38,013 nt of DNA from Atractiella rhizophila (taxonomy: Eukaryota). Both the position numbers and the translations under genes were made by a program. The notes under the pieces were generated by a model that was given only the letters and a program-made list of their open reading frames with translations, did no database searches and was not told the DNA's origin. Location of the stretch: assembly GCA_021432655.1 (NCBI GenBank), contig MU271225.1:62001-100013 (forward strand). The letters run 5' to 3'. Shown piece after piece: positions 22,800-35,813 of the stretch. Each line of letters begins with the position of its first letter. Positions within the stretch are counted from its first letter, which is position 1.

Positions 22800-24800
22800 T
22801 CACCCAGGGTGCCCCTTCTTTCGACTTGAAAATTGTAGGCTGGATTGTACTCTCCGTCGGACCCAATTTACCTTCCCTCATGCTGATGATAAGACATCCT
22901 GCTGTTGCTGTTGCACGTTGCACGGACGTAAACTATTCGATGTACATTGCACATGATGCAGTTAGATTGTCTTTTTTTCGCATATGCGTAGTGGTTGCCA
23001 CCAGACGTTTGACACCACCCGAAATCAAAAGCATCTACGACGGAATCGAAATCAACAATATAGTAAAGGAACCGATGTTATCAGGTTTTGATGTCCGTTG
23101 CATCCTCAAAAAGCGTAAAGACAAGGTCAATCTGCAAAAGTAAGGGACCAGTGCCTGAATAGTTACGGCTTGTAAAATAGTTGTCAAATGCAAATGAATC
23201 CCGACTCGAGCAACCATCACTCTGGTTACTCGCGCAGTTTCTCACTCTGAAACAACACCTCAACAATAAGTGTACACGCAGTTACAGCTGATCTGAGCAG
23301 CCAACTGGTTCATCATGGTCACCTGACGTAAGATTGAAATTGCAATCCATTACGGAACAGTACAAAGCTGAGCTGTATATCAAACTACAACATGGCATGA
23401 CGAGCGCACTCAGAAGAGCAGCATAGATGCCAGACACTTCGACTGCCAAGTTACGTGGCAACACCTACGTGCACAACAAAAATATCGAAAATTTCACTTG
23501 TGCCATGCTCAACTCATGCACAAATTCCTTTAGGACAATTAGCATATTTAATTTCTGCAGCATTCCAACTCTCTGTGACTGTGAGAAGACTCACACTACA
23601 CGAAGCTAGACCAAAGGAACCCCCATATTTCCAGTACTTCCTCCTCACTACATTTTGCACCTTTCACAGACGTCTAAGGTCTGGGCGATGATCCTTCAGC
23701 CCCAGCAAGAAGAAATTCTTTCCTACAAAGCTTTTTAAAGCCACAAAACCGAGTCACAGGAACATGAGGGTCTGTCGTCGTTGGAGTCGTTGCTTCACCC
23801 ACGCACGACCAGCCGAAAGACGACGCGTACGGTGTTTTGACTGAAGCAGGACACCTTTTGTAACAGGAACTCTATATTTTCGCGACCAGACTCTCTGCCG
23901 TCCCACCACCTCTCAGCCTACACATCAGACAGCCCTGAAAACCCTTGCCCGTCATGGCAGAAACAGGAATGTTGCAGCAATGTTGGAAGTGGAGGACGCA
24001 GTTGTAATAAACCAATAGAAACTTAGGAGTGGAAGGACACACGAATGGACGGCGCTCAGGCTGGTGTGTGTACATTGCTTCACCAACCATATGAGAGTGA
24101 TGGGACGATGAAAACCTGCAAAGTTTTTCAGTCGCTTATGGTGCAGAGACATTGAAAGGAAGAAGGCCAGGAGGCATCATTTTGAATATTACAATTCTCG
24201 AACATCTCTTAACAAGCCGGGAGTCCTAGTTTCTTTGGACGTTTCAAGTTTAGGAAATGACGAGCGGGTAGTGGTTGGAGTGAGAAACCCATAATCGTGG
24301 GACCGAGACCGTGGAGTAGAACTCTCTTTGTCACAGCTCTTGTTGTCTTTAACCTAGCCGGAACAGGGCTCTTTTTGAGATCCTTGTCCAACCACTGCCA
24401 ACCGTGAAAATAATCGACGTCGACCAAGCACCATTGTCTGGGATTGACAATATTTGGGCAATGAACAAACCATAGTCCAACCATCCTTGAGAGACAATGC
24501 ATTAATCATCAGCCATACTGGCCATGTAAGCACGTCTTGGCAATGCGTTTACAGCTCGACAATGCTTGAGCAAAGATTGTTGCTACTTGACAACAGTTGA
24601 AAGATAATGTTAAAATGGTGAAGTGACAGCATGAAATCCGCATCAAGGTCTGACAATTTCTTAAATATTCAGCTCCCAGATGGCACTAGCACTTTCAGAT
24701 TTGGTTCAAATCGCTTGAATTTTCGTATACCACCTTTTACTACAGCCTGTCTCCCTCCCTGTCGCTCCTCCTGTTCCTCGCGTCCTCCTTCTGCCTCGCT
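22800..24800 (-). pseudogene. probable highly decayed CACTA/EnSpm-like transposase remnant
   Basis: Fragments DYFHGWQW, GEAMYTHQPERRPF, CCNIPVSAMTGKGFQGCLMC and YWKYGVP occur in the order expected for the DxxDGxxW / CDxPA..GCxxC / xGP motifs. Many stops; the assignment is tentative. Confidence 0.35.
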
Positions 24801-26625
24801 TCGCATCCCCTTCGCGATTTCCCATCCGCTGCTTTCCTACAGCTTCCAGCTGTCCGAACACCCTCCCATCGTTACTAACTGTCGTGGAGAAGTCGGGAGC
24901 TGAGCGGAGGGAATGCCTGCAGTCGTTTGAGGAGTTAGTTGACGATGGCGAGGAATTAATGACAGCAGCGGGCTAATCAAGCGTTAGACATGTAAGGTAG
25001 GGCGAGGGAGCAACGGCGTACCTGTTCCAATGCTGTGAGTATCTGTATTATGTCGGATGGGTCATGTGGGCGAAGGAAATGGAAGATCTTTCGAGTGTTC
25101 CTAATCCCCTTGGTTAAAAAGGCTGATGAGTCGGGTGGTAGACTCACGTTCCATATTAACGGTGTGGAACACGATCCATTTCTATGAAAAGGCATGAGAG
25201 CTAGGTGAAACCAACAATGATGTTACTTACACATGAAATCAGCATAAGCTTTTTCTCCGAAGTCCTATTCTATGGCCAAATTCAGCTCAGCCTGAGATGT
25301 TATAAACGAAACTCACAAGGCAAGTGCCAACAGACGTTCGGTGAAGCATATATATGTTGAATGAGCAAGATCCCTTTGGTCACACGAAGAGATTAACTGA
25401 GATTCATTGATAGGAACGAATTCTGCAACCAACATGAACCACCGTGAAACCACCGTGAGTGCCTGCTCTGATGACTTGAAATTGTAGAAATAACTTGAAC
25501 CGCTGAAGAAACGATACACTTCTTAGATATAATTAAGAAGAAATCCCCCGTTTAGGGTATCAGATTAGAATACGATAAGCCACAGACTGCCCGACTATTC
25601 ATTTAGAACCGCTCCAAGGCATCTGGGAAACAGCCCTTACAGCTGGTACCTTCATGACAATAGGGTCACTCGCCCAAACTATAGCGCTCAAGCTCTATGA
25701 ATTTGGTTGACAACTTGGGACATGTGGGATCACGCTCAAAGGGATTGAACAACCATTTCGTTTCCCCTTCCACATATATCTTTGTTAGCAGAGAAATTAG
25801 AAGCCTGAAATATTAAGACGTCTAAGATGTGGCAGACTTCAGCCAGTTCATGCGTTAGTATTATGGCTTCGTTTCCTCCCATTCCGAAAAATCTGACTTC
25901 TCACCCTTTTGCTTCATTCCCACACCGGAGCCCCTACCATGTCTTCAAGTTCTCCAATGTGTAGTAATCCGCCCCTACTAGCCAGACTTCGCACAGCTGC
26001 TCACCTACAGAGACACTTCATCCTATCAAACCAGGATTTTGAGAGTTCGCTTCCTACTAGTAACAGCTTAGTTGGGGAGTCACAGTAGAGGGGAAATCAA
26101 GACAGGAAGGAACGGGGAGGGGATCATGATGGGCAGAGGGTCGTCGTTCGTTTTGACGTCAAACACCTGTATAAATTAAACACATAATTCATCGTGAAAT
26201 GACAATGATAAGAGTGTAGTACTAAGCACTACTAGTAGTAGTATTGTGGCAGTCACTACAAGGCATGGGTACTTTTCATGTGGTGTTATCTCTCAATTAT
26301 TTTCTCCATGCACAACACCGTAATGTACGCGATCTTTCGATGTGCGATTCCTTCAAGCAATCTTGTAAGACTTTAATCTCAAGCTTGAAGTCCAAGCTCG
26401 ACTGCCTCCAAATTTGATTCACAAGAAGACTATTCGAAACAGTGATGGAGTTGAAATTTAAAGACGTGTGTTTCACACTGGTAGAGCTGGAAAGGAGGAA
26501 AGTATGCGCGTTCCCTGTACTAGCAATTTGTGCGGTGACAAATGTCTGGCGCTCCCCGCTCCCAATGGTTGGCAACAGCGGTCCATTGCTCAATCCCACT
26601 AGTGCTAGCTGAAGCACAATGCTAA

Positions 26626-26697
26626 GAGCCTGTCAGACTGCGCTGGCAGTTTGCAAAGTGCTACCTCATTTTCGGTTGTAACAGCGCTGACAGGCTC
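26626..26697. repeat. 72-bp imperfect palindrome/hairpin
   Basis: Perfect 11-bp arms GAGCCTGTCAG / CTGACAGGCTC plus inner CGCTG / CAGCG pairing. Confidence 0.8.
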
Positions 26698-27367
26698 CCG
26701 ATTTAGTCATGCCTTCCTCAGTCTGGTCTGGCCAGACGCCATGTTCCCGCTGCATCTTATCTTCAGTGCCATCCATTTTGAATTCTACTAACCCTCCTCT
26801 GTTGTTGCAGTCACAGATATCCATCTCCCTGTATCAATACGATCATGCACCGTAATCTCTCACATATAATATCTCAACCTTCAAGTTCGTCTCTGCCTCT
26901 GATTATGTCTTCGCCGTTACTTCGCTTAACAGTGCAGTTGTGATGGGGGGATTAATTTGAATTCTCTCCCGTACATTCCTTGCTTTTGTGATCTAAGGTT
27001 ACAGTTAAATGCTATGGATTGGTTAAAATATTTGGATGTGACGTTGGCAGTTGAAACTCTGTCCATTTACACGCAGAAACTAAAGCTGGGTTTTTATCCT
27101 GCTAAATAATGTGAGAATCCGAAGGCACAGAGTTGCTTGACATAACAACTTGATTTGGACTTGAAAATATCGGCATGCTGGCTGAGAAGAAACTTGCTTG
27201 AAGAAAACGTAGAATCAAAGCAAACTGTCGACACATTGTAGTGCGTTTAGAAACAACTAAGACTGTTAATGAAAAACACAACGATAATGAAACTACAAAC
27301 GACATAATACAAACAATCAGCCTAAAGTGACAGTCTCCTTGCGATGTAAACTATGATGCGGCGCAAG

Positions 27368-29325
27368 CTATACATCGTCATTGTCCTCCCCTTCTTCCAT
27401 CATATCAACGAGGAAGTCATCAAAGTCTTTATCATCATGTTCGACATGTCTGAAACGTGCGGTTTTTCGCTTGTGGAAAGCTGGTGGCGGCAGCTGGAAA
27501 CCTGCTCTCTCGATCTCAACATCGCTGTCATTTAAAAAGGCTTGGACGAGGTTGGATGGTCGGACGTAGCCAATGTCCTATGATGGGATGAGACATTGGG
27601 TTCGACCGGGTAACAGGGACATACCATACTTCCCATTGCAACCATACAGGCTTCAATCCTGACACCCATCAAAGCCCTGTCCGCTAATAAGTTTCCGTTC
27701 CATTCCGCACTCCCCCTCTTTGCTTTTCCATCTGTCCAGCGCAGTTGATCGAGTTGAGTTCCTTCTCCGGCAATTTGGCCAAACGTTTTCATGATGAGCT
27801 CCTTTCCAGACAGAGAAAGACGATCGTCACCAGTCTTGAGTGATTTTCGGCTAGGCAGAATCGGTTTGAACGAACTCTTCTTGGACTTGAGAGTGGTAGT
27901 CTGCCCATCTTTCTTCTTCGCCTTGTCAATGAGGTTAGTCCTATCCTAGCGCCGTCAGTATTACCATCTCTTTTCAGTCCAAATGTGACCTCACAGTTCC
28001 GATTGGTAGCCTTGACCAGTTGGACTGAGAATCCAACCTGTAGAAAGCAGGTAGAGTCGGCAGGCATTAAGAAAGATGTTCTGGTATTCATTTCTTCGAC
28101 AACCAATCTGGGAGCGAACATTTTCCTATGTAAAGCTGAGCAATCTTCAAGCTGAACAACCTGGAACGTACGTAGAAAGATCCCCTCTCTGGGAATCCCA
28201 GAGCAACGTGACCTTGACCCTTCCCGATCTGCTGCAAGATAATGAGAGTTTGATCGACTCTGCCAACTTCATAAACAAATGTCCTTAGAAACATTGCCTT
28301 ATTGAATGTTAGAATTTGTTCATTATAGTATTGTTCCTGTTCAAGCTGTTAGCAGGACGATTAACAATTAAGTAACCTACAGGCAGATAGACCTTTCCCT
28401 CTGTAAACTCCATCGTAGCTCTCCCACTTTCGTCCGCCCAGAATCCATCAAAAGCAAAAACCTTCTTCTTTGCCGCCTTCTTCAGCACCTGAGCAGGCGC
28501 TCCCTCATTAGACTCTGCTCGCTGAGTTCGCCTGTTGGGCATTTTTCTGGTTGAGTTGGTCTTCTTTCGCTTTTTCGTCGGCATCTCCTCCTCCTCCTCC
28601 TCCTCCTCCTCGTTCTCCTCCTCCTCCTCATCCTCATTCTCGTCCTTCTCCTCTGCTTCTGAATTCCCCTCCTCATCACGATCCCGTTGCATTCTTCCAT
28701 GCTTCTTTGTAGACAAAGGCGCTTCGTTCCATTCGCCTCCTCTAGCTCTTGTAGTGCTGGCATGAGCTGATGGTCTTTGAGCACCACCAAGGTTGAGAGC
28801 AGCCTTTGGCCGGAGCCTCTGGAGTCTTTCGGGCCCCATGTGCATCTGGGGAACTTCTTTTGCTAGGAGAGACTGTGAGTTGCCGTCGTCCTCTTCGAAA
28901 GATAGAGAGCGTATGCGTAGCTGACCCGTCTGGTACTCCGTGATTTGTTTGGTGTAGTGACTTTTGATTGACTGGTTGTAGACAGCAAACAGATTATTCA
29001 ACTCGTTCTCTGCTTTGATGGCAGAAATTTCATGCGTTCCAAACATACTAACAATGCTCTGAGCCTGGAAGTGAAATCATCTTTCAAACCCTGTCTTCCA
29101 ACAGTAAAACGAGCTCACTGTTATAGTCTGTACTCGCATAACAAACTGTCTGATTTTGTCCTCATATTCAGGTCCAAGATCGCGATAGAGGTCTTCAATA
29201 TCAATAATGACATCCATCACGGTGCAATCCTCCCCAGCGCCATCCTTCTCGAATTTCTTTACCACCTTTTCTGCAGCCTTTTCAACCTCTCGAGGACTTA
29301 GGGTGTGATCCTTCCTTTTGGGCAT
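27368..29325 (-). CDS. hypothetical spliced nuclear protein (acidic tract, KKRKK-type NLS), divergent from the transposase
   Basis: Starts MPKRKD at 29325. Exon ORFs 29077-29325, 28309-29046 and 28088-28294. The 3' exons splice in frame (…AMGSM/DIGYVRPS…EDNDDV*, TAG 27368-27370). Middle junctions were not all resolved. Confidence 0.7.
28585..28640. repeat. (TCC)n/(GAG)n microsatellite encoding poly-Glu
   Basis: ctcctcctcctcc... run within the minus-strand gene. Confidence 0.9.
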
Positions 29326-29734
29326 CTTCTAAGTATATAAAAGAATAAGAGACGCGTCAGGTGGATGGTTGTTGACGTTGACAGGCATGTCATGTTGTGG
29401 AATCAACAAGTTGACACGATCGATCGAGGAACAGTCAGTGAAATTGGATGAGAGAGAAGCTGAGATGATACGCTCAGAAAGGTCAGACATAGGAAGGAGC
29501 ATACATGGCAAGTGCTTAGTTACAAGTTCTGCAAGAAAAAGGTCATATGAGCCAGTGGCACAGATCGTGCTTCCCGTATTCGCAACATCGGCAGGATGGC
29601 GGCTCGCCTGTCGAAATCAGTCAAACGCGTCCCTAATCTGCCTCGCTTTGGTGAGTTTTTCCATCACCCATCCTATCGTATCTTTAAAGGTTGAGTTAGT
29701 AAAGAATCGTGACACTAACACACCACTTGCTCAA

Positions 29735-32700
29735 ATGCCTCCGTCACAGGACACAACAATGCACAGTGCTCTTGCTCTCGAAATTCCATCAGGCTATTCA
29801 CAAATGTCATTCGACTCCATTCCAGCGTTGATATCTAGTGATCAGCACTGTGTGGTTGCTGAAGAGGCAATTGGCACCACATCCAGACTGTCTGCTACTT
29901 TCCAACCAGTTGCGCAATTACCTATCGACGAATCAATCTTCCTTGGATCCTTCCCAGCTAATTTACAACAAGGCCCGACGTCACAACAAGAGTTACAAGA
30001 TCCTCTTTTCACACCTCTAATTTCAGATGCCAGTTTGTCAACGGAGTCATTGGCAAGCTTCCTTCAAGTGCCGAATCCAAGCCCACCTGCAAGCTCTTGC
30101 GACTCAAGATTCTCTCAATCTAAAGATGATGATCCTCATCCTAGTCAGCATCGCCCTTCTCCTTCCGATGGTGCTCCAGGAAGAGGACCTTCCCGTCCGC
30201 TTGGGTGGATGTACCTTGAGGAATCCCGCGATATCTCAGGTGGTGATTCACCTCTGACCAGTCGAGAGATCACGCTATTCGGCATGCTGACATGGTGCAA
30301 GCTCAATCATATGTCAGAGCAAGGTTACCAACAGCTACGAGAGCTCCTCCTCCATGTCGATTTCGATGCGAAACTGCTTCCCCACTCTATCAAAACAATC
30401 AAGAAGCTGGAAACTTGTCTTCCGCTGATTCCAATCCATCTCACGAATGTGGAAGCAGAGTGCAAAAGCAGACAAACCGGCAGAGTATCGAGGTCTCAGG
30501 TCAAGGCACCTTCCTACCATTTGCCGTCTCTAGTTCAGCAGCGAGTTGTCGAGAACCCTGAGATTTTCTCGTCTTTGTGGACCGGATTAGGGACCCGACC
30601 TCATCAGCGCTCCGAGATGTGGCATGGAGACCTTTGGCATGAGTCGATTGCTATTGCACGACAGGATCTACCTTTTCTTGCACAAAACCAATCAGCTGTG
30701 TGGCCAGGATGCTATATAAGCTACTCTCGGCCACAAATCAAAAATCCTGATAGCAGTCATGTCATTTTCAATCCAAAAACAAAAGCCATTGGTCGTGTTG
30801 CTGGGATTTTTCGTGGAACTGGCGCTGATGGGAATGTGAGTAATGATATTCTGGCCAGAATCCAGCCCGTTGTATCCCTCGAAGACACTTTTAAAGCTCT
30901 GACTGTTCTCGTTCCATCCATCAATATCTCTAAGGTGAAGAAACTGTGGAAGAACTACCGAAACGAATCCATGGTTATCGAATCTAGCCGGCGTCAGCTC
31001 CTGATCTTGGACTTTGACCATATCGTCAACCTAACCTCCATTGCCAGAAGACTCAAGGACTCCGAACTTTCGATTTGGAAAGAGGAACGCAAACTTACTC
31101 AAGACGACCTCTTGACTGGTGATAACCTCATCGTAGATACGGTCGTGCTGTTCGGAAAGCATAAGACACCAACTCCTGAAACCCTAGGGTTCTCTTCACT
31201 TTTTCGGCTCCCTCCAACACTGGCAGAACTTGAGATCGAGCGAGGAGTAATTTCTGAAGAACAGCTAACAAAAGGGTTTTCTGGTCCGCAGAAGACCTTT
31301 GTCATACCTATCTCTTTCTACTTCGATAAATTCGGTGTTTTCAGGACAACGCATCGAACCTGTGGAGGTCTTTATGCCATGATTGCAGGTTCCCCAGCTT
31401 TTCAGCGAGAGCAGCTCCGAAATCGAATAGTTTGTGGCTTCGTACCTTTTGGGACTCACCTTCGCGAGGCTGGAGCTGAATTTCTACGTGAGGTTGTCCA
31501 GTACTCTCGTATGCCATTCCAGCTGCAGCATTTTGATCGACAGACCAACAAGCCCATAATCAGCAACTTCTTTGTCATGTTTATCAGCCTGCGCGGCGAT
31601 CTACCTCAGATGAATGAGGATGCAGGTACTAAGCTGCCTGGCGCGATCCATCCATGTCGCAAAGATCTCTCTCTCCGCGAAGATGCCACTGACTTTACAC
31701 TCAAACCAACGACACTCTTTAACCTTCAAAGGTCGATCAAAGAGTCAAGAAGGGCCCAAGAGAATGCTGAAGCGGCAATGAATGCCACAGCTCGAAGTCG
31801 CATCATCCGAGACTTTGGATTATCCGATCTGGAATCTGCATGGACAAGTGCTGGGCTTGTCTGGGATCCATTTCACCAAACACCTTTCGATATTTCTCAC
31901 TCCGAAGGTGCAGGTATCTGCAAGGACCGACTGATCGATCTGAGTTTGCGTCTCGTACTCAGTCCTGCTGGTCTTGAATGTTTATCTGAAGTTTTGACCA
32001 AAGAACAATTTCCATCGCCGCCAGGGTACTCTTCTACCCCCAATCCTGTCGGGCACTCCAAGCGATTTCAACAGCGTGACGCTTTCAACATCGTGAGTTA
32101 CGGTGCACTAGCATTGGACTGCGCCTTGCGCTTTCGATTATGTGACCCTCGCCATACCTTTGGCATCAAGAAGGATGCATTCGAGAAGCTGAAGCTTGCT
32201 TACCCAGACGAAATAAAGAACCATGAGCACTGTTTGAATCTCTTGATTGAAACATGGAATGCCATCGCAGAGAGCAACTTCTGCGTGCTCGCACGGTCGA
32301 TGGATGACCATGCTTACTCTGTGCTTCATGACACTGTCCTAGCAGGTCGACACGCAATGCTGAAGGTGCGTAGGTATCAGGGACTGATCTACTAGGGTCT
32401 GAGAGTGTTTGCAGATGTTCCGCCCACTTACGGATGAGTTAGATAAACTGCCAAACATGCACCTCGCTCTGCACCTCGCTGACGATGCTCGTCTCTTTTC
32501 TAATTGCCTTAACTCTTCCGTCGCCTTAGACGAGATTCTGCACAAGGCACCGAAGACACTTGTGCCACACACCAATTTCAAGGATATCGATGTCGCCTTC
32601 CTCAAGGACGATAATCTTCTCCAAACAATGCGGAGTGTACTGGCTGGAGGGACAACGGAAGATTGTCCTCGCATATCTCGCATCTATACTGCTTTACAGC

Positions 32701-33451
32701 ACAGAACCCCAAAGTTGTTCGATGGGTACTACTTTGGCCATCACGTCGTGAATGTCGGTGCTTTGGATGATCATTCCGGGAAGGTTGGAAACCTTTCACT
32801 TGAGCAAGTCGATAACAGGTGAATAGGTCACTGCTGAGCATCCAGCAACTGATATTATTTAGATTTCTTGATATTCAGCTCTACTTAGAGCTCTCTCGAA
32901 AGGAAAGACGTTCAAGACAACTTATCCATTCATTGGTGAACTGCGAACAGCCATCTGTCAAAGAACGCATTCGACTCCTCCGTTGCGCCTACCAAGAATG
33001 GTACACCATCCCTAATCCGCTAATTGCAGCTGATAATATTTCTAACGAGTTGAGACACTTCGAAAAACTGATATATTTCGATACAATGCTCCAGCATAAA
33101 CGTACGATCCGAGTGGGGGATCTTGTTGGATGCAATACACAAGGGCATGAGGGCCAGCTTGTCATTCGAACAGCACGAGTGGATGAGATATTTATCCATG
33201 CACAAAGCAGCCAACATCGCATCTTTCTCAAACTCACATGGTTCAAGGACATAGGAAGTTTTTCTCCTCTCATGCCATCAGTCCGCAAGTATGAGTTGGA
33301 CAGGGCAGGTTTGATTTCTTCCATCGCAGGCATCGGCATTCTTTCAAGTTCTCGGGCAGCTCATTTTTTACCAAATTATAGGAAGCACAAATCCACCGAC
33401 TCTGCGATTTCAAGTTATCTGTACAATCCATTAACAGTGGCAGTGGCGTAG
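29735..33451 (+). CDS. CMC/CACTA-superfamily-like DDE transposase with C-terminal BAH-like domain (~1207 aa), apparently intact
   Basis: Motifs SEMWHGDLWHES, FYFDKFGVFRTTHRTCGGLY, GFVPFG, RGDLPQ..AG.K...A.HPCR, DPFHQTPFDISHSE, LPNMHLALHL and EILHK. C-terminal IRVGDLV...ARVDEIFIH...IFLKLTWF. Introns 32366-32414 and 32819-32862 join three ORFs in frame. The frame is open from 29369, so the ATG at 29735 is a best guess. Confidence 0.72.
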
Positions 33452-34481
33452 TTGCAATTGATATTGTTGGTCAAAACATTCATTTCTGAGCTAACATTCA
33501 GAATATCTTTCATAATACGAGTACAAAGCGTTGAGAGAAGCGGCGCAATTTGCAGTCCGTTTGTGACGTTTATGCGCTGTTGGCTTTTCCTGCCACCTTC
33601 CCCTTCGAACATACTTAGTTGTTTGTTTACTCTGAACAGCAAAGGAGAAGGCAAAGGAACACTCACGGGGTTCTTCTTCTTCCTTTTCGCAGGAGGATTC
33701 TCATCGTTAGTTGATGTTTCCGCTTCTTCAGACCTTGAGGCTTTTGCTTTAAGAGGGGCAAACTTCTTCAGATCCTCCATACTGGTACATACAGCCAGAA
33801 GGAATGAACTATAGTGATCCCCCATTCGATCTCGCCAAAAGCCCTATTGCTACCCTTAAACCTATCTCCCCATTCCAGCTATGAGCAAGAACACTCACCG
33901 GCATCAACGTCTCCAAATGCTCCACCGTGCTCATCGGTGACATTGCTCCCCTCCCCCCCTCCTCCCAGCTCCTCCTGAACATCTTCAATTCCTTCACTAG
34001 CATAGGAGGGTTTTGCAATAACTCCATCCCACCTTCACATATTTCCAGCGGAATCGCGCGCTCACAGGTTGGCTCCGTCTTCCCCCTTTTCCTTTTCGAT
34101 GACATTGGGATGGCTTTGGATGCGGAGGTGTGGAGCACAATAGAGGGTCGTCGTTGTTGTTTGACGTTGTGAGAACCGCGAGTCACGCTGACATTACCAA
34201 AGTGAGCGACTGCCAGCCTGAGCCTAGAGATGCAAACATACCAAACTCAAGCGCCTCCTCCGGTGGAAGCAGTGTTGCTTTACTTTCTCGTTGGTATCAT
34301 CCTGCTTCAGAGACCTAATCAGCCAGATAACGGGATCGCTGCGAGTGAGGTGGCTGGACTGCATAATCACGCACGAAATGACAGTACCCGCTCCCCACTC
34401 CCACACATCTAAGAGATAGCATACCTTGGTTCCAGCACGAAGAAGAAGGTCGCTAACAGGCGTCACGACCTCTGTGGCCAT
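33415..34481 (-). CDS. hypothetical, possibly degenerate spliced gene with PPAKRKKK NLS
   Basis: ORFs 34224-34481, 33809-34186 and 33415-33825 with GTATGC/GTATGT/GTGAGT donors. A clean full frame could not be reconstructed. Confidence 0.35.
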
Positions 34482-35813
34482 TCTCCATCTACTCTGACAT
34501 CTTTGCTAACCCTTAGTCTATCCTCATACTACCCACGCATCACAATTGCCCGATGATTGACCAAGCGTTGTCGACAGCCGAGCCAGATATCCCAGCATTT
34601 TCAAAGTTGCCAACGATGGGCCCTGCTTCTCATCAGAGTCAATACATAGTCGGCAATGAAATGAAAAGCACTAAACATCATTGCTATTGTGGTCCACAGC
34701 TTCGTGAGGAGTGATGGAACATGGCTAAGTGTCAGTGCGATGTGACGCTCATGGAGCGTTAATGGCCAATCTAAGCCGAATTGGCATTAATCTCGTTACG
34801 GTTGGAGGACAATAGGAAGGTTCCTCTCACCTCCTTGCCACATAAACTAGCAAGCATGGAGCAATCGTCAACAAGCGAAGACAACTGTTGTTGCAGTCGA
34901 CAATGATGGGACAATGATGCCACAACAATTTGACAATGTCGGGACGGTCGTGGTTGGTTGCTGGCCAAGTTTTGTTTGTTTCCGACGATTGAGCAATGCT
35001 CAAGACATAGCAGTGCAACCATACGATCACGGTTTGGACACAGTGGTATGCCTTTTCAATCACCTTCCAGCACCTACAAGCATTTCACTGACATTGGACA
35101 AGAATCTTGAAAAGGGACCCTATTCCGGCTAGGTACTCGTGAATTCCCACACAAAACCATAGCAAGTCGAGCTAGTTCACGAATTTGCCCTGAGGAAGAA
35201 GAGAGACATTGATTGAAGCCGCTTTCGTTCCGCCTCTGAGAGACTATGTGATGGGCTGGTGGACGCCAAAGGAGGGAAGAGGGAGTTGATCCCCTGGAAC
35301 TTTGCAGGGCGGGTTGAGTGCTGTGGAGGGGATGGAGTAGTGTATCTAGTGCCTGGGAAGTGCTGAACACTCGTGGTTCAATGACAACTGTAATGGTCGC
35401 GAGAAACACGAACTAGACAACATCAGCAGCAGAATTAAAGGACTTCGGGGAAACACAACCCTCAATTGCAGAGTTGAGTCAACCCTCTCCATCACCACTC
35501 TGCCTCCGCCATTCAAAAGGCATTGCTCCTGTGGAAGGACTTGAAGAAAGAAGGCCAATGGTGGAAGAATGGATTGGTGGGTGTGTTGTGTGTTGAAATA
35601 GAGAGAGCTGGAGAGGAAAGTGCACGGAGGTCAACTTATTGCAGTACCACAAAATCGTTAGACAGTATATATCTACTAAAATATCGAAATTTCATATTGT
35701 AACTAGCAAAATTAGAACCGCTAAATTGATCTACAAACATAGATAGCGCAACAATGTAATGGGAATAGGTGAAATGTACTAGAATAATACGAGCCCATAA
35801 ACGCTTGAGAGCC

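Noticed and set aside
25200..26200. Possible decayed spliced gene on the minus strand
   Set aside because: Exon-like fragments contain stops and no recognisable motif, so a call cannot be supported.
26227..26263. CACTACTAG / CACTACAAGG as a CACTA terminal inverted repeat
   Set aside because: No convincing partner end with a matching TSD was found. The TTGTAGTG at ~27236-27243 has non-matching flanks, and other hits lie within coding sequence.
28430..33850. Shared GFWxD motif between the two orphan minus-strand genes (GFWAD ~28440; GFWRD ~33835) as evidence of paralogy
   Set aside because: The match is too short and no further similarity is visible.
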